Below are positions 1 to 14,582 of a stretch of DNA of 64,000 bases, piece after piece. Position 1 is the first letter of the stretch; every line of letters starts with the position of its first letter. Origin of the DNA: the human T2T-CHM13v2.0 reference genome, Homo sapiens; the NCBI RefSeq assembly GCF_009914755.1, contig NC_060938.1; one strand, 5' to 3'. The notes under the pieces are model-generated. The model was not told where the DNA came from and made no database searches. It saw only the letters and a list, made by a program, of their open reading frames with translations. The position numbers were made by a program, and so were the translations under genes.

Positions 1-19
1 ATTGTTTGTTTTTAAAGTC

Positions 20-172
20 GATGGAGCACTTGACTTGGAGCCAGAAGAGAAAGCTTGGGTCTTCACGCTTCTTGATTAATTATCAAGCCAGTTAATTTTC
101 TAGAGCCTCTGTTTATTCATTTGTCAAATGGGACAAATAATGTCTGTTTCACAGGGCTTGTTGTGAAGATTA
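20..172 (+). mobile_element. MIR (degenerate SINE)
   Basis: MIR core-like text: 'gagcctctgtttattcatttgtcaaatggg...cacagggcttgttgtgaagatta'. Confidence 0.7.
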
Positions 173-542
173 TACTCTGTTGTGTTATAGAGGTTTAAAG
201 TGGACCTGTGGGTTTGTATGAAATACAGCAAGGTAACATAAATTAAAAGTAGATGAGGGATAAAAGCGGGGAAAGGGTCTAAAATGGGGTTAACAAGTTG
301 TACCTTTTGTGCAGATCTATATGCTTGCTAGGAATGAGCCACAAATTTGCTTCTGTGCCCTCTAGCAGCCAAGGAGAAAATGGAAACCTTATTTTCTTTA
401 ATCATGGTGTCTACGAGATTGGGAACACAGTAGGGAGTCATGAAAAATATTCCTTTTCCTAGTAACTTAACAGAGAGAGACCACCCTCAGGGGTCTGCAA
501 AAGAGGACATTGCATGGTACAGCCTATAGTGTCTGCTACACA

Positions 543-866
543 GAGAGGTTGCAAACTGGCAGTCCACCAGTGTCACCATTTGTTGGGATTTTTGTTTTGT
601 TTTGTTTAGGCTTGATGTCTAAAAAGTTTGATCCAACATTTAAAAGAATCAGATTTTGCAAAAATAACATTTTTAAGTTTTCTTTCAAAATCAGATGATC
701 AGTTAATATTGTAACTATATATCAAAATTAATTGGCACTGTGTAGCAGCTTTTTTTTAATGTAGCAATGATTTCAGGTTTGCCACAGTCTCCACCATTCC
801 CTACTGCCTTACTTACTACATTTTATTTCCTACTTGGCATTTAGGCATCTGATTTAGTGACTCCTA
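543..866. mobile_element. hAT-Charlie MER102-like DNA transposon remnant
   Basis: Begins 'gaggttgcaaactggc' and ends 'ggcatctgatttagtgactcct', resembling MER102 termini. Confidence 0.5.
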
Positions 867-1058
867 TTCTACAACATCCTTGTAGTAGGCTCAGCAGTAC
901 GCTTCATAAGGCTGAGAATCCCTGAGAGGATTGATTGATATGGGAAAATGCTGGTACTCTGTACAATATTGTTCTACAATAAAAATGTAGAATTAGAATA
1001 TTGAAGTTACTGTTAGAACTTTGAAATCATGACTGAGGGTTTAAAAATGCTTAATGAG

Positions 1059-1426
<368 letters not shown>

Positions 1427-3665
1427 CTAGCAAGTAGTTTACCCAGAGTATCCATTCCAATTGCTCTTTAATCAAATAAAAATTTCAGAATATTTTATTT
1501 AAATATTTACATAGCTATATATTTTCATCAGAAAAGAGTATCACAGGAAAGACATGTTTTAAGTATGCTTTTAACTGTATAAAGTTTGATTGTTAGGCTC
1601 TATGATCTGGTGACAATAGTCGTTACTGTTAGAGGTGAATCCTTGTAAAGTTGTTATTTTTGTCAAGGTCCACTTTGGCTTCTAGACTTGTTGAGTTTGG
1701 TAAGATGTTTTGAGCGCTGAGTTGCTAATTTTCCAGAAATGTAATTTGCAATGAAGATGTTGGATGGGGCTTTCCCAATTATCAGAAGGAATTCTCCAAA
1801 GTTGAAAATGAGTGATAATTATCTAATATTCTAAAACATGCTGCTAGACATGGATATAGAGTGTTTAATAAAAGATGTCAAAGTTGTGTTGTGGCCACCA
1901 GCCACCATCACAGCTCTAGCCAACATTAGAGATGACTGGTGATCTAGGAGGAGATTGTGGAGGGTTATCTCAGTGAAGAGCCTCATAAAGAGTATTGGGG
2001 AATTTTCCCTCCCATTGCCGTGGAGAGAAGAGATGAGTGCTCTTACCCTTTCCCCAAGCCAAGAGAGAAGAGCTCTGATCTAGAGATAGGGGTTATGGCA
2101 ACCATGGGAGATTGGCATCTCACTTCCCACTTGGATGCCTGCGGAGCTCTCTCCAGGCCCATCAGAATGGAGCACAGCGATGATTTTAGGGATCTGTGAG
2201 CATATATACAGATGCTTCCAACATACAGTATTTGATAGATGCAAAGTTGCTAGAGCAGCCTGTGAAAGTGAGGCAAAGAAAAAGATGTTCAGTGGTTGAC
2301 AAGCTCAACTTCCACCATTTGGCAGAGAAAGATGTGTACATTTTCGTGGGGCCAAGCAACATCAGGAAAGGTAGAGAGTTTGAGCAATTGTTGCTGGTTC
2401 CTTGTCCAGAGGTGGCCTTTTGGGTTGAGGCAACCCAGACTGTGAGAACCCTGACATGTATGTTGAAGTAGAAGATGTGTGTTTTGGGGGAGGGGCTCAC
2501 AAAAGGCTGGTCAAATGGTTCTTCCACCATGCTAGGGAACTTGGAATAGAGGGTCCATGTGGGCCTCTGAAGAACCTACAAATGCACCCTGTGAAGGTCC
2601 CAGGATGTGACTGCCTGCCTTGCACAGCTGACTTTGGTAGCCAAGAGAATTGAAAACAGCACGACCTGATGTAAGAAGATGTTCCGTTTCCTCACCACTG
2701 ATGTCACTTCCCTGTGTTAACCTGAGAAGAGCTACGGCACAGAGTGATGGAGGAGAGAATGAAAGCAGAGGAGGAGGGTAAAAGGAAAGGCTACAGTCCC
2801 TTCCCCACTACAGGTCATACAAAAGGAGGAGGGAAAAGCTTTGAGTTGGATATGAGATTGAAGTTTTGATACGAAATTACTATACTTTTAGTAAGTGAGT
2901 GAGTCTTAGTTTCCATAAATAAGGCTATTATAAGTGAAAGTGATGGAAAAATGATGGGGTCTTCCTGAGCTGTCCAGCTGCAGGGAATGGAGATCCACTG
3001 GAACAAGTCAAAGATAATAATAATGAGAAAAAAAAAGATTCTTAAATCCCCACCATTCAATGAACCAGTTACCAAACCCACACGATACAGAGACATTGAG
3101 ATTCCAATATGAATCTCTCCACAGAAGGAGGCACCTTCTCTTGCCATCTTCTGTGTATTATAACCATTTTTGGGGGGGTTTGGTGCTTCTTGTTCAAAAT
3201 TGAAGTCTTGTAGCCAAAAGTCAAAATCATATTCTTCTAAAATTCACTTGAAAAATATTTCCTTTTACAGTTGAATTAAAGCAAATTACTTGGTTAATTA
3301 ATGTCAAAGGTGACTCTGTTCTAGAGATAATTTCTGAGTCATGATACCTAATATTTAAAAATTATGTTTTGATTTTTATCTTTAGTCATGGTGATTTCAA
3401 ATGAGGTTATTAAATCACTGTAATTCATGATTTATATAAAATATGAAGACATTAACCTACAACATCTTGGATTGCTTTTTTTTTTTAATTGCATTAGTCA
3501 CTAGTACCTTCTAACAGTTCCAGTTTTTGGAAGGCAGCCTCTAGTTTCCTATTCAGCCTCATCATAGCTGTTCCTTTTGGAGAGCGGTGGAGAATACAGG
3601 ATTGAAGGTGACCCTCACAGCATGACAAATTGTCAATCTGGCTCCCTCAGAAACCTTATAGGGAG

Positions 3666-4045
3666 TGTATTAGTCAGCTTTGGCTGTCGTAAGCAAGTAC
3701 CACAGACTGGGTGGCTTAAACAGCAGAAGTTTATTTTCTCACAGTTCTGGAGGCTGGAAAGTCCAAGATCAAGGTGGAGGCCTCTCTTCCTGGTTTGCAG
3801 AATCCCACCTTCTCACTGTGTCCTCACGTGGCCTCTTTTCTGTGCACTTAAGGGAGGGAGAGAGACAGCTGTCTGGCGTCTCTTCCTCTTCTTCTAAAGA
3901 CACCAATGCTACCTATTAGGGCCCATCTCTTATGACCATAGTTAACTTCCCTAAAGGGCCTATCTCTACATATATTCACATTGGGGATTAAGGTTTCAAC
4001 ATATAAATTTGGGGGCCTGGGGAGAACACAGTTCAGTCCATAACA
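3666..4045 (-). mobile_element. MaLR solo LTR (MLT1A/B-type)
   Basis: 'tgtattagtc...taccacagactgggtggcttaaa...ttctggaggctgg...cagtccataaca'; flanks gggag/gagag. Confidence 0.85.
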
Positions 4046-4149
4046 GAGAGGAAGAAAGAGATTCTTAAAAAGTGTTCTCTTCTGCAAGTTGACATTTCTG
4101 AAAAATATGTTTATTCTCCAAATTTAAGAGACTTTTAGAACCAATTACC

Positions 4150-4570
4150 TGTGAAATTTTCTTTTCCAAATGACCAAAACTCAACTCAAACTAGCTGAAG
4201 CAAAAGTGGATATTTTTTGGCTCACATAGCAGATGGCCAAGGGTCAGATATGTCAGCCACAGCTGGATCCAGGGTCGATGTCATCAGGTCTTTGTCCTCC
4301 CCTTGAGCTCTGTGTCCCCCCATGTTGGCCCCTCCTCAGGAGGGTCCTTTTCCTGTGGTGGCATTGATTACCTGGGGCAGCTCCAGGCTGATCTGGCCCT
4401 TAGAATTTGCAGCTTTAAATGGAGAGAAACTGTCTCCCAAGAGTCAACTCTGACTGCCCCCGCCTGGGTTAGGGATACATATTAGCAGCCTGGACCCAGG
4501 GCCTATCTGGGTGGTTATGGGCTGGCATTCCCAACAGCTGGGAGAGGACCAAATGAAAGATTCCAGGCAG
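4150..4570 (-). mobile_element. Old MaLR LTR (MLT1J/K/L-like)
   Basis: 'tgaccaaaactcaactcaaactagctgaagcaaaag...ttggctcacat...cagctggatccaggg' typical of old MLT1. Confidence 0.5.
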
Positions 4571-4930
4571 ATCAAACTGTAAGGCATGTCCACAGTCTTC
4601 CCCTTCTAAGTTTCTGAGCTAAAACAACTTATTTGTCCTTTGTGACTTGTATAATTGTATAATTGATAGTCCAGAGAAGGTCCAAATTAGTTCATCTTTA
4701 TATGTGTAAGAGATTCTATCTAAAGGTCATCAGAACCTTTCTGAAAGTCAACTGATGTCATGTTGGCCTTTGCTGGTGTTTCTCTGCAGACTCTCCGGAC
4801 GACCCAGCCTTGTCACCACCTGGAGATTTGGCTCCAGCCTGGCTAACCACAGGCTGTTGACATGATGGCTGTGGTCTCTCTGCACTCCTCCTCCAACCTC
4901 CCCCTTCTCTATCCTCTTATGCATACCTAT

Positions 4931-5295
4931 TGTTGTGGTCTAAATGTATGTGTCCCCCCAAATTCATATGTTAAAGTCCTAGCCCCCAAAGTACTAGTAT
5001 TAGAAAGTAGGTCTTTTGGGAGCTGATTAGGTCATGGAGGCAGGGCCCTCATGATTGGGATTAGTGCCCTTATCAAAGAGGCTTGAGAGAGGTCTCTCAC
5101 CCCTTTCACCATGTGAGGACACAGAAGACACCATCCATCTGTGAACCAAGAAGTGAGCCCTCACCAGACACCAAATCTGCCAGCATCTTGATCTTGGACT
5201 TCCCAGTCTCCAGAACTGTGAGAAACGAATGTCTGTTGTTTATCAGCCACCCAGTTGGTGGTATTTTGTTATAGCAGCCCAAATGGACTAATACA
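4931..5295 (+). mobile_element. MLT1A-type solo LTR
   Basis: TG...CA termini, 'gtgtcccccaaattcatatgtt', 'ttgttatagcagcccaaatggactaataca'; flanks cctat/cctaa. Confidence 0.9.
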
Positions 5296-5321
5296 CCTAA
5301 TGTCACCCATCTCATGTGAAT

Positions 5322-5638
5322 GTAGGTGCTCATCTCTTGCCTGAAATTCTTGGGGTCAAGTGTGTTCTGGAACTCAGTTTCTAATTTCAGAAAGGCCATA
5401 TCGTATACACACTGTTTACTGACACCCTTAGCAGAGTCTGGGACAGCACCCAGAAATCCATCTCATTAACATTTCTGCAGAGAAACACGTGAACATTCAT
5501 ACTACGTAGGATAAAGAAAATCAATAGTAGCCTTATATCAGTTCAGGTCAGGTTTTGTCACCAAACACATTACGAGAAAGGTTTGTTCTCAGGGCTTTTC
5601 GTAATTTCAGAATTGTAAACAAGGGATCCCGAATTTAT
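5322..5638. mobile_element. MER46C-like (TcMar-Tigger MITE)
   Basis: 'cttggggtcaagtgtgttctggaa', 'gtctgggacagcaccc', 'tcagttcaggtcaggttttg' match the recalled MER46C consensus. Confidence 0.7.
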
Positions 5639-7419
5639 ATTTTCTTGTATGCATTAAGTGCTACCTTTGTTGGACTCTCAGCAGCTAGGACTGGTCTCCA
5701 TAAAATTTAAAACTTAAGAAACATTTTAACTTAAAGCACTTTAAGCAGCACTTTCCAAAGTTTAAAGTATGTAAGTAAATCTGTGTGAGTAGATAACTAT
5801 AAAGAACAAACTTTCAGCCAATATCTTCACTTTGAGTGGTTACTGGGGGGCAAAGAATTAGAAAGCCACTATGTATAAAATTAAACATTTTTATTTGTTC
5901 ATTTCTTTAAAGTACAACTTATTTTCCGAGAGAGGAAAGTACTCTCACCAAAGAAGATTTTTACAGAGAGAAATCAGGTCAACTTGAAACTTGTTTGCAA
6001 CTCTCTATTTGTAACAACCTTTGTGGGGTTTTCATAAAAGGATTTTCCAAGTCTTTTGTCTTCAAGAACATAAATTAGAGGACACTCTTACCAGGAGTAC
6101 ATGCAGTTTAAGTACCCAAAAATAAGTTTGTTTACCACTTAGAATCATGGAGTTCAAGAGAATTTTCAAGTTTGCAATCCTGGGTCTCTCCCAGGGACAT
6201 TGAGAGGGCAGAATCGATTCTAGTTTTGCTAATGCGCCTGCCAACTGGTGTCACCATTTCCCATCACGATATCTCAGTTATCCCATCTGTCAGCTCTAAG
6301 AGTCTTTGATGTATTTCAACATACCATGCTTTCAGGAACCTCTCGGTACCACGTTCTGGTGCTTGGCAGCTGTCCAGGATGAATTTGATGTACCTCTCCC
6401 TGATGCCTGCCAGGAGGGAGTTGGAGGAGGGGCTTAAAGGATTTTCTGGTAAATCCAAATGATCACATATGAGCTGTTATCAATGTGGGAGAATGGAATT
6501 AGGGGATAGTCTTCTCATTAGAATTGTGAAAATTCAGGATGGTGGAAATACTCAGTATGAAGATTTTCAGGTTGGCTAAGTGTATGTGAAATGTCCTAAT
6601 TTGAAAAACACTTTGGATTTGATTGAATTAGTGGTGTTAAATTAGTGGGGTGTGGTGGGCATGGTGACACGGTGCTGGGCATCCTTGCATACATGACGGA
6701 TCAGAAAACCAGCAATCCAGGCAACTCTGTGGCCAATGCGGCATTTTGGGTCCAAGCCCCTTGACCCTGTGTCTCTCTCCTTGCTTCATGGGAAATCCTG
6801 CCACCTGGCTCAGACACAGGCCTGGGGGTTAAATGGAGCATGTGCTGCCAGGTACTGGTCAGTGCCCTCAAGGGTGGAGAAGACCTCTTGGGAACCACAG
6901 ACAGGCTGTAGGGTTGTCGTGTTTGTCTGTTTTTAAGTGACAGGCTGCTTGATCTCATCCCATTAGTAGTGACGTTGCTAGAGGTAGAGCTTGCAACCAC
7001 CCCCTTCCCATTAACTCTACCATCACCACCTGCCGCTAACTACTGACGGCTACCCAATGGCCACAAGGCACATAATATTCACGGAGAGCCAAAGTGGCTT
7101 GCCTGTGTCATTACAGTAGCTCTCCTTGTTAAGAGTCTCTTAACCATTTCCCTCCTTCCCACACCCCACTCTTCACACATACATGTACATCCCTACCTGA
7201 GCTAGAGCCCTGCTTCCATCCACTTTCCTGGCCTTCCCCAGGCTGCCTGTGCAAAGCCTCCCTTTTCTGCTCCCTCAGCCTCCGGTTTCTTCCTTTTTCT
7301 ATACCTTTCCCCAACAATTTCAGCCTTTATTAACCTTTTCCTTCTCTAACTATCAGTCCTATCGCTTTTTTTGGGGGGGGGGGCGGGAGGCAGGTGGGAG
7401 GTGTACAGCTCCTCATACT

Positions 7420-7865
7420 TGCTGTTCTGTTTATGTATGCTCTATAGCAAACTATCCCCAAATCTAACGGCTTAACACAGTAAACTGTTTCCCTATCATC
7501 ACTCATGATTTTGTGGATCGGGAATTCCAGCCGGACTCAGCTGGGAAATTCTTTTGCTCCTCGCTGTATTGAAGGGGGTCGCTGGATACTTTCACTGGGC
7601 AGATGGGTGAACTGGAGGTGATTAAGATGGCTTCACATGCCTGGCGCCTTGGTGGGATGGCTGGAAGGCATGTTCAGCTGGGTGTGTCCACTGGGGCTTC
7701 CACACATGGTGGTCTCAAAGTAGTCAGACCTCTTTCAGGTAGCTGGCTTCCACAAGAGTGAGCATTTCAAGAGAAAGGAAGTGTAAGTGGCCAAGCCTCC
7801 TAAGCCTGGGCCCAGGATCCTCTCTGCTGTATTCGGTGGTTGCACAGTTATGCCGTCCTCCCAGT
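7420..7865 (-). mobile_element. Old MaLR LTR (MLT1H/I-like)
   Basis: 'aactatccccaaatctaacggcttaa...ctcatgattttgtgg...ctcagctggg...aagatggcttcac'. Confidence 0.7.
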
Positions 7866-8320
7866 TTTTACCTAGCCCCCACCTCTCTGTGTGTTACAAC
7901 AAAGTCTGCCACCACTATTAATCTTCCACACGTGCCTCCTCCATTCTCGAATGTTCTTGAAGATTATATTGCTTTCTCCAAACCTAAACTGTCTCATAAG
8001 TTTTTGGCGCTTAAGACAAGTTTCAAGAAATAAGAATTGAAAAGTGTTGGAGGAAAGAAAGTTTCCATCTCTAACCACTTTCTCAGAAGGGCATCAGGGT
8101 TTTTGCAGCAATGTGGGGATACCTCTTCTGATCTCATAGCTTAGGGCTCTGAACTAAACTGATGGCCTTTTCTAGATTTCTTCCTAGGGGTGTCAGGTTG
8201 GAAGTGCTGAGGGACTGCTCTTTCTCCCCAGGGCTCAGCTGTGTCAAGGCTAAGACCAGGAGTGGTTCCCACAGCCAGGCTGGGTGAGGGCAAGTTTATC
8301 CTGCGGTGCAGCACCTCAGA

Positions 8321-8955
8321 CCAGGGTCTAGCCAATGGTGGCCTGCAGGCTGACCCCAGTCCACCACCTGTGAGCAGCCACCACCACCTGTGTTTATACT
8401 ACCCATGAGCTAAGCACGATTGTCATATTTTGTTTGTTTGTTTGTTTGTTTGTGAGGCAGAGTCTTGCTCTGTTGCCCAGGCTGGAATGCAGTGGTGCAA
8501 TCTCAGCTCACTGCAACCTCTGCCTCACTAGTTCAAATGATTTCTGGCTAATTTTTGTATTTTTAGTAGAGATGGGGTTTCACCATGTTGGCCAGGCTGG
8601 TCTCAAACTCCTGACCTCAAGTGATCCGCCTGCCTCAGTCTCCCAAAGTGCTATGATTATAGGCATGAGCCACTGCACCCAGCCAATTTTTATATGTTTA
8701 GATGATTGGGAAATAGATTTTAAAAAGAATAATATTTCATGATACATAAAAATTATAATGACATGCAAATTTCAGTGTCCATAAAGTTTCTTTGGAACAC
8801 AGTCATGCTCATTCGTGTACATGGTAGCTGTGGCTGCTTTCACACTGTGAGAGCTGGGTTGAGTAGTTGTGACAGCAATTATTAGATGACCTGCAAAACC
8901 AAAAATACTTGCTATCTTGCTCTTTACAGACAAGTAACTTTTTTGCTGTTCTTGC
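8321..8955. mobile_element. MER58B-like hAT element interrupted by an Alu
   Basis: 'cccatgagctaag' upstream of the Alu; 'aaatttcagtgtccataaag...ggaacacagtcatgctcattc...ttgagtagttgtgacag' downstream. Confidence 0.75.
8428..8684 (-). mobile_element. AluS with ~50-bp internal deletion and (TTTG)n tail
   Basis: Antisense Alu; 'gttcaaatgatttc' joins directly to 'tggctaattttt'. Confidence 0.92.
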
Positions 8956-9787
8956 CAAAGACCAAATGCATTTTTCAAAGCTGGATTCCAGGCTCAGAGT
9001 TACAGCAAAGAGAACAGAAAGTATAGCTCATGATTGGGTGCTGACAGGACAAGGGAGAGAGACGAAAACCATTAGGAGCATTAGCAACAAATATATTTTT
9101 TGCCATTCCAACTCCATGGAGCAAATGGCTTCCTAAAAGCCAGCAGAGAAACTAATTACCTGAACTGGGAGAAGAATGAAAGACTCATTGTTAGAATATT
9201 CCTCAGAGCTGAATCCCTTCTTTCAGCCTACTGTATTTTAGTGATTCCTAATAAAAGAAAAAAATGTATTTTTGTCCTCACAGCCAATTAATTTCTGCTC
9301 CAAAGCATAGAATATGATTATTTCTGTCATTATTTTAGTTTCCAGAGTCATTGATGAGACAGGGAATGACACATACCTATTAACACACTCGCACACTCAC
9401 TCACACACTCGTGTGGGTACATGCATTTCCCTAGAAGATGTACTGGAAGGATCTGACTTTACTTTCAGGTGCCTTCATGTCCTCGCAATTATTCTACAAA
9501 TGGTTTTTAAGATATTTCTATTGTATTTGTTGAAATTTTCCTGACATTTTGACTTGTCTAGACGATTATTCTTGCATCCAGCACATTGTAGGAAACACTC
9601 ATTTGAAATACCCCACTGTGCTTCCGGGGGAGCTCATCTTTCTGGAGCATGGCGGGTCCCTCATGAGGCCCTCTTTCGTTAACCGAAGAACAAGCTGCAG
9701 TCTGAATGTGAGTTGTTAAAGGTATGGTATTGGGAGTTTTCTGTTCTCCTGTTTTCCCATTCTGTAATGTTTTCTTTCTTTCTTTCC

Positions 9788-9817
9788 TTCATTTCATTTC
9801 ATTTCATTTCACTTCAT
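9788..9817. repeat. (TTTCA)n microsatellite
   Basis: ttcatttcatttcatttcatttcacttcat. Confidence 0.8.
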
Positions 9818-10209
9818 AGCAACTTTTGAATGAAAACCTCCCCACAGGGTTTGACAGGCAATGAAACTTCCTCCCTTGGGAGGTGTCTCAGCCTGAGGGA
9901 AATGGAACAGCACCCCACAGAGGATTTTCCTCACTTCCTCCCTCTCTCCTTTACAAATCAATGTTAAAGAGCCTGCATGGATGTGGTTAGCACCATCTCT
10001 GCCGCATGTGACTTTTCAGTCATTTTCACCCGAAATAGGATTTCATTCACCAGTTACTATAAGCTACTCGTGCCTTCTAATGGACTTTGCAGCAGTGATT
10101 CATCCACCCTGTGCTGGGAGAGAGAAAGAGACTTTAGGTGAGAAAGAATGGTTGGGAGAGGGGAGACAGGTAGGCAGAACAGTTGTGGTACCATCCCGCC
10201 CCATAAGAC

Positions 10210-10370
10210 AATAATGATATTCAGTGTTAGGCGCTTTATACCAAGAAATATTCCACCTGACACATTATCCTGGTTGAATCTTATGACACATCTGCAAATA
10301 GACATTACCAAATACAGAGGGGGAGTTTTAGGTTCAGAGAGGTTAAGTGACTTGCCCAGTAACACACTGC
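10210..10370 (-). mobile_element. MIR
   Basis: 'aggttcagagaggttaagtgacttgccca' MIR core. Confidence 0.7.
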
Positions 10371-10384
10371 TGGCAATTCGACCT

Positions 10385-11291
<907 letters not shown>

Positions 11292-12349
11292 TTTGTATAG
11301 CTTTAATGCATCAAATATGGGCTTAGTTCCTCATGTAAACAATTCTCCCAGGAAATTAGAGGATAAAAAGTTAAAAATAGCGTATATGTCCTGCCCTCAG
11401 GAAGTTTACGTTTTGAAGGGGGGATACAACAAAAAGCTAGAATTTGTAGCAGCGTACAACACATGCCAATAAAACTTGCAACTCAAGCCCTGTGCACAGA
11501 GAACCATTTGGCAGAAATTCTAGAGAGGCTTCCTGGAGGAGGTGCTAGTAGAGGAGACCTTGACAAATGGGGATGGATCTAGATCAAATTCCCCTATGCC
11601 ACGTGCTCCTCTTTGCATTCAGAATGCTCTTGTTTGCAAGATTTCAGCCATGTACAACTCTTCTGGCACTCAGCCATGGACTAAAACGAGGTTCATGCCC
11701 ATGCCCACAGTATTGGTCTGCAGAAAAGCATGAGACTGGATGACAGTCAGAACAAATGGAATCCTCTAGGGTAGGGAGAAGAGAAAGAAAGAGGAAATAA
11801 AACAGCATAATCCCAGGAACTGCCAATAGGAAAGTATGGGAGAAAGGACAACTGGCAAAGACTCTGATGTGGTGTCCAGCCTTTCAGATGTCACCTGAGG
11901 ACGTTGCTACAATTAACATGCAGCCAGACACACACAGTGACTACACATTTTGGTGTGGTTGGCGGCATTAGTTGAGTCTTAAACAAAAGCAATTTCAGTT
12001 GCAAATCTTGTGCCAGGCTTTCAGAGAAAGAGAATAAATTATGCTGCTGTGACAAGCTGTTCCACTGTGGCAACAATAGTTTGGACTTCCAGTGCTGCCT
12101 GTCAACCAGGACTGAAAATACATCTTCATTTGTTGCTGGGCAGCTGGGAAGATGAGTCATTAAAGAATTTTATAATACATCAAAGGCCATGATTTTCTAC
12201 CTTTCACGCAGTTACACCTTTTCCCAAGTCCTCATTCTGCCACAAAAAACTTTTGAATGCACCGAAAGTTAAGTAGAATTCCTTTTAAAATGTTCTGTTC
12301 TGTGCACATATCTCTAGGGGAAGTGCAGAAGACATGGGGCATTCCCTTT

Positions 12350-12545
12350 TGTCATGCATTTCAGCTCCATAAAGATTTATTGACCACCTACTATATGCCA
12401 AGCATTATGTTAGTCAGTGGGGTTAAAAAGATGAGCAAATTGTGGTCTTGAAACCCATGCCTTTTGTTCAGATTATTACAGTGCAAGAGAAGCAGCATCA
12501 GCCATGTGTCTGAGAGGCCAGAGGAAGGAGAGAGTGAGGAAATAT
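12350..12545 (-). mobile_element. L2 3' end
   Basis: 'atttattgaccacctactatatgccaagcatt'. Confidence 0.6.
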
Positions 12546-12581
12546 TGTACCTCATTAATATTGTTCCTCTCGTTTCACCAC

Positions 12582-12943
12582 TGTATTAATCTGTTCTCAT
12601 GCTGCCAATAAAGACATACCCAAGACTGGGTAATTTATAAAGGAAAGAGGTTTAATGGACTCTCAGTTCCACATGGCTGGGGAGGCCTCACAATCATGGC
12701 AGAAGTTGAGAGAAAAGCAAAGGGACGTCTTACATGGTGGCAGGCAAGAGAGCTTGTGCAGGGGAACTCCCATTTATAAAACCATCAGCTCTCATGAGAC
12801 TTATTCGCTACCATGAGAACAGTATGGGGAAAACCACCCCCATGATTAACTTACCTCCCACTGAGTCCCTCCACGACACATGGGAATTATGGGAGCTACA
12901 ATTCAAGATGAGATTTGGGTGGGCACACAGCCAAACCATATCA
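12582..12943 (-). mobile_element. THE1B-type solo LTR
   Basis: Antisense THE1 LTR with a perfect 5-bp TSD ACCAC (12577-12581, 12944-12948). Confidence 0.95.
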
Positions 12944-13075
12944 ACCACTGTAGACATGACCAAGTTCAGACTTGGTCAGTAGTCAAATGAGCCTGTGAGA
13001 GAATGGTGCCACATCTTTCCTGTAAGAGCACAGCATTTTAACCTGCGATGGATTTGTGAGCAGCGATTCCAACTC

Positions 13076-13576
13076 TGTATTAGTTTTCTACAGTTGCTGT
13101 AACAAATTACCACAAGCTTAATGGCTTAAAACCATGTAAATATATTATCCCACAGTTCTGCAGTCAGAAATCTGAAATAGATAGGCTAAAAGCAAGGGGT
13201 GACAGGCTGCATTCCTTTCTGGAGGCTCTAGGGGAGAATCTGTTTCCTTGCCTTTTCCAACTTCTAGAGGCCGCTGGCATTCCTTGGCTCTTTGCCCCTT
13301 CCCTTCTTCAAAGCCAGCAGCAGTAGTTGAGTCCTCCTTAACACAGCATCACTTTTTTTTTTTTTTTTTGCCTTCTTCTTCCACTTTTAAGGACTCAGTG
13401 ATGGCACTGGGGCCACTGGGATAATCGAGGATAATCTTCCTATTTTAAGAACAGCCAATTGACAACCTTAATTCTAAGCAATCTTAATTCCCTTTTGCCA
13501 TGTAGCTGAACATATCCAAGTTCTGGGGATTAGGATGTGGATGTATTGGGGTGGGGAAATTATTCTTCCTACCACC
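13076..13576 (-). mobile_element. MLT1C/D solo LTR
   Basis: 'ttgctgtaacaaattaccacaagcttaatggcttaaa', 'ggaggctctaggggagaatctgtttccttgcc'. Confidence 0.85.
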
Positions 13577-13759
13577 AACCCTCATCCATCTCTAAAGGCA
13601 CTGATTTTTTTGATAAATCAGATAAGTACCAGAGATGTGTACTCTGGGCTCAGGAGTGAAGAGGGTTAGCTGGCCTTTGCCAACAGTGACTTCATATCAC
13701 CATACTCAATGCAATTGAGGTGACTTAATCAAGGGGAAAAGATGGACAGCATGTTTTAT

Positions 13760-13930
13760 GGAAATAGCACTTGCCTGGTAATCAGGATACTTGGATTTTA
13801 GCTTCTCTCCTTCAAACAGACTACTGAGTGTCAGTAGGCAAGTTGTTGAACTGCTCTGGGCCTCTGTAAAAAATCAAGGTTGTGGTTAGATGTTCTCAAA
13901 TCCTCTTTCATCCTCTAGCCTTCCATGGCT
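13760..13930 (+). mobile_element. MIR (MIR3-like)
   Basis: 'ggcaagttgttgaactgctctgggcctctgtaaaa...ggttagatgttctc'. Confidence 0.5.
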
Positions 13931-14248
13931 CTCAATTTCTACAGGGAATGTACTGGAAATGGAGAGAGGCTAGCCTGTGGAAAATGCAGTGCCATTATTT
14001 CAGCATCAAAATCCTGAAATAAGATACAGAATGTTGTGTAATATACAGCTCGGTGTCTGTGCCCTTTTATTTCTCTCTTGGGCCCAGCCCCATCATCCTG
14101 TCCTTGATCATTGTAATGCAGTGTTCACTACCAGTCTTTTCTCCCCCTACATTGGAAATTATGCCAAAAGAGTAATGAATGAATTAGGTAAATGAATTAG
14201 ATGAATTAGAGATAAAATTATGGCTCTACAGTTGAAATATCAGCTTTA

Positions 14249-14582
<334 letters not shown>

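Noticed and set aside
1870-3050. Purine-rich ~1.2-kb segment with overlapping ORFs
   Set aside because: Possibly a very old LTR, but I cannot fix its termini or family, so it is not listed as a feature.
6264-6458. Protein-looking 64-aa ORF on the minus strand
   Set aside because: Non-ATG start and no homology or splice context I can recognise; it may be an ancient repeat and needs tBLASTn/Dfam.
9469-9707. Possible + strand exon (ctgactttactttcag|G ... AT|gtgagt)
   Set aside because: The splice-like signals are plausible but expected by chance in 64 kb; no partner exons or transcript evidence.
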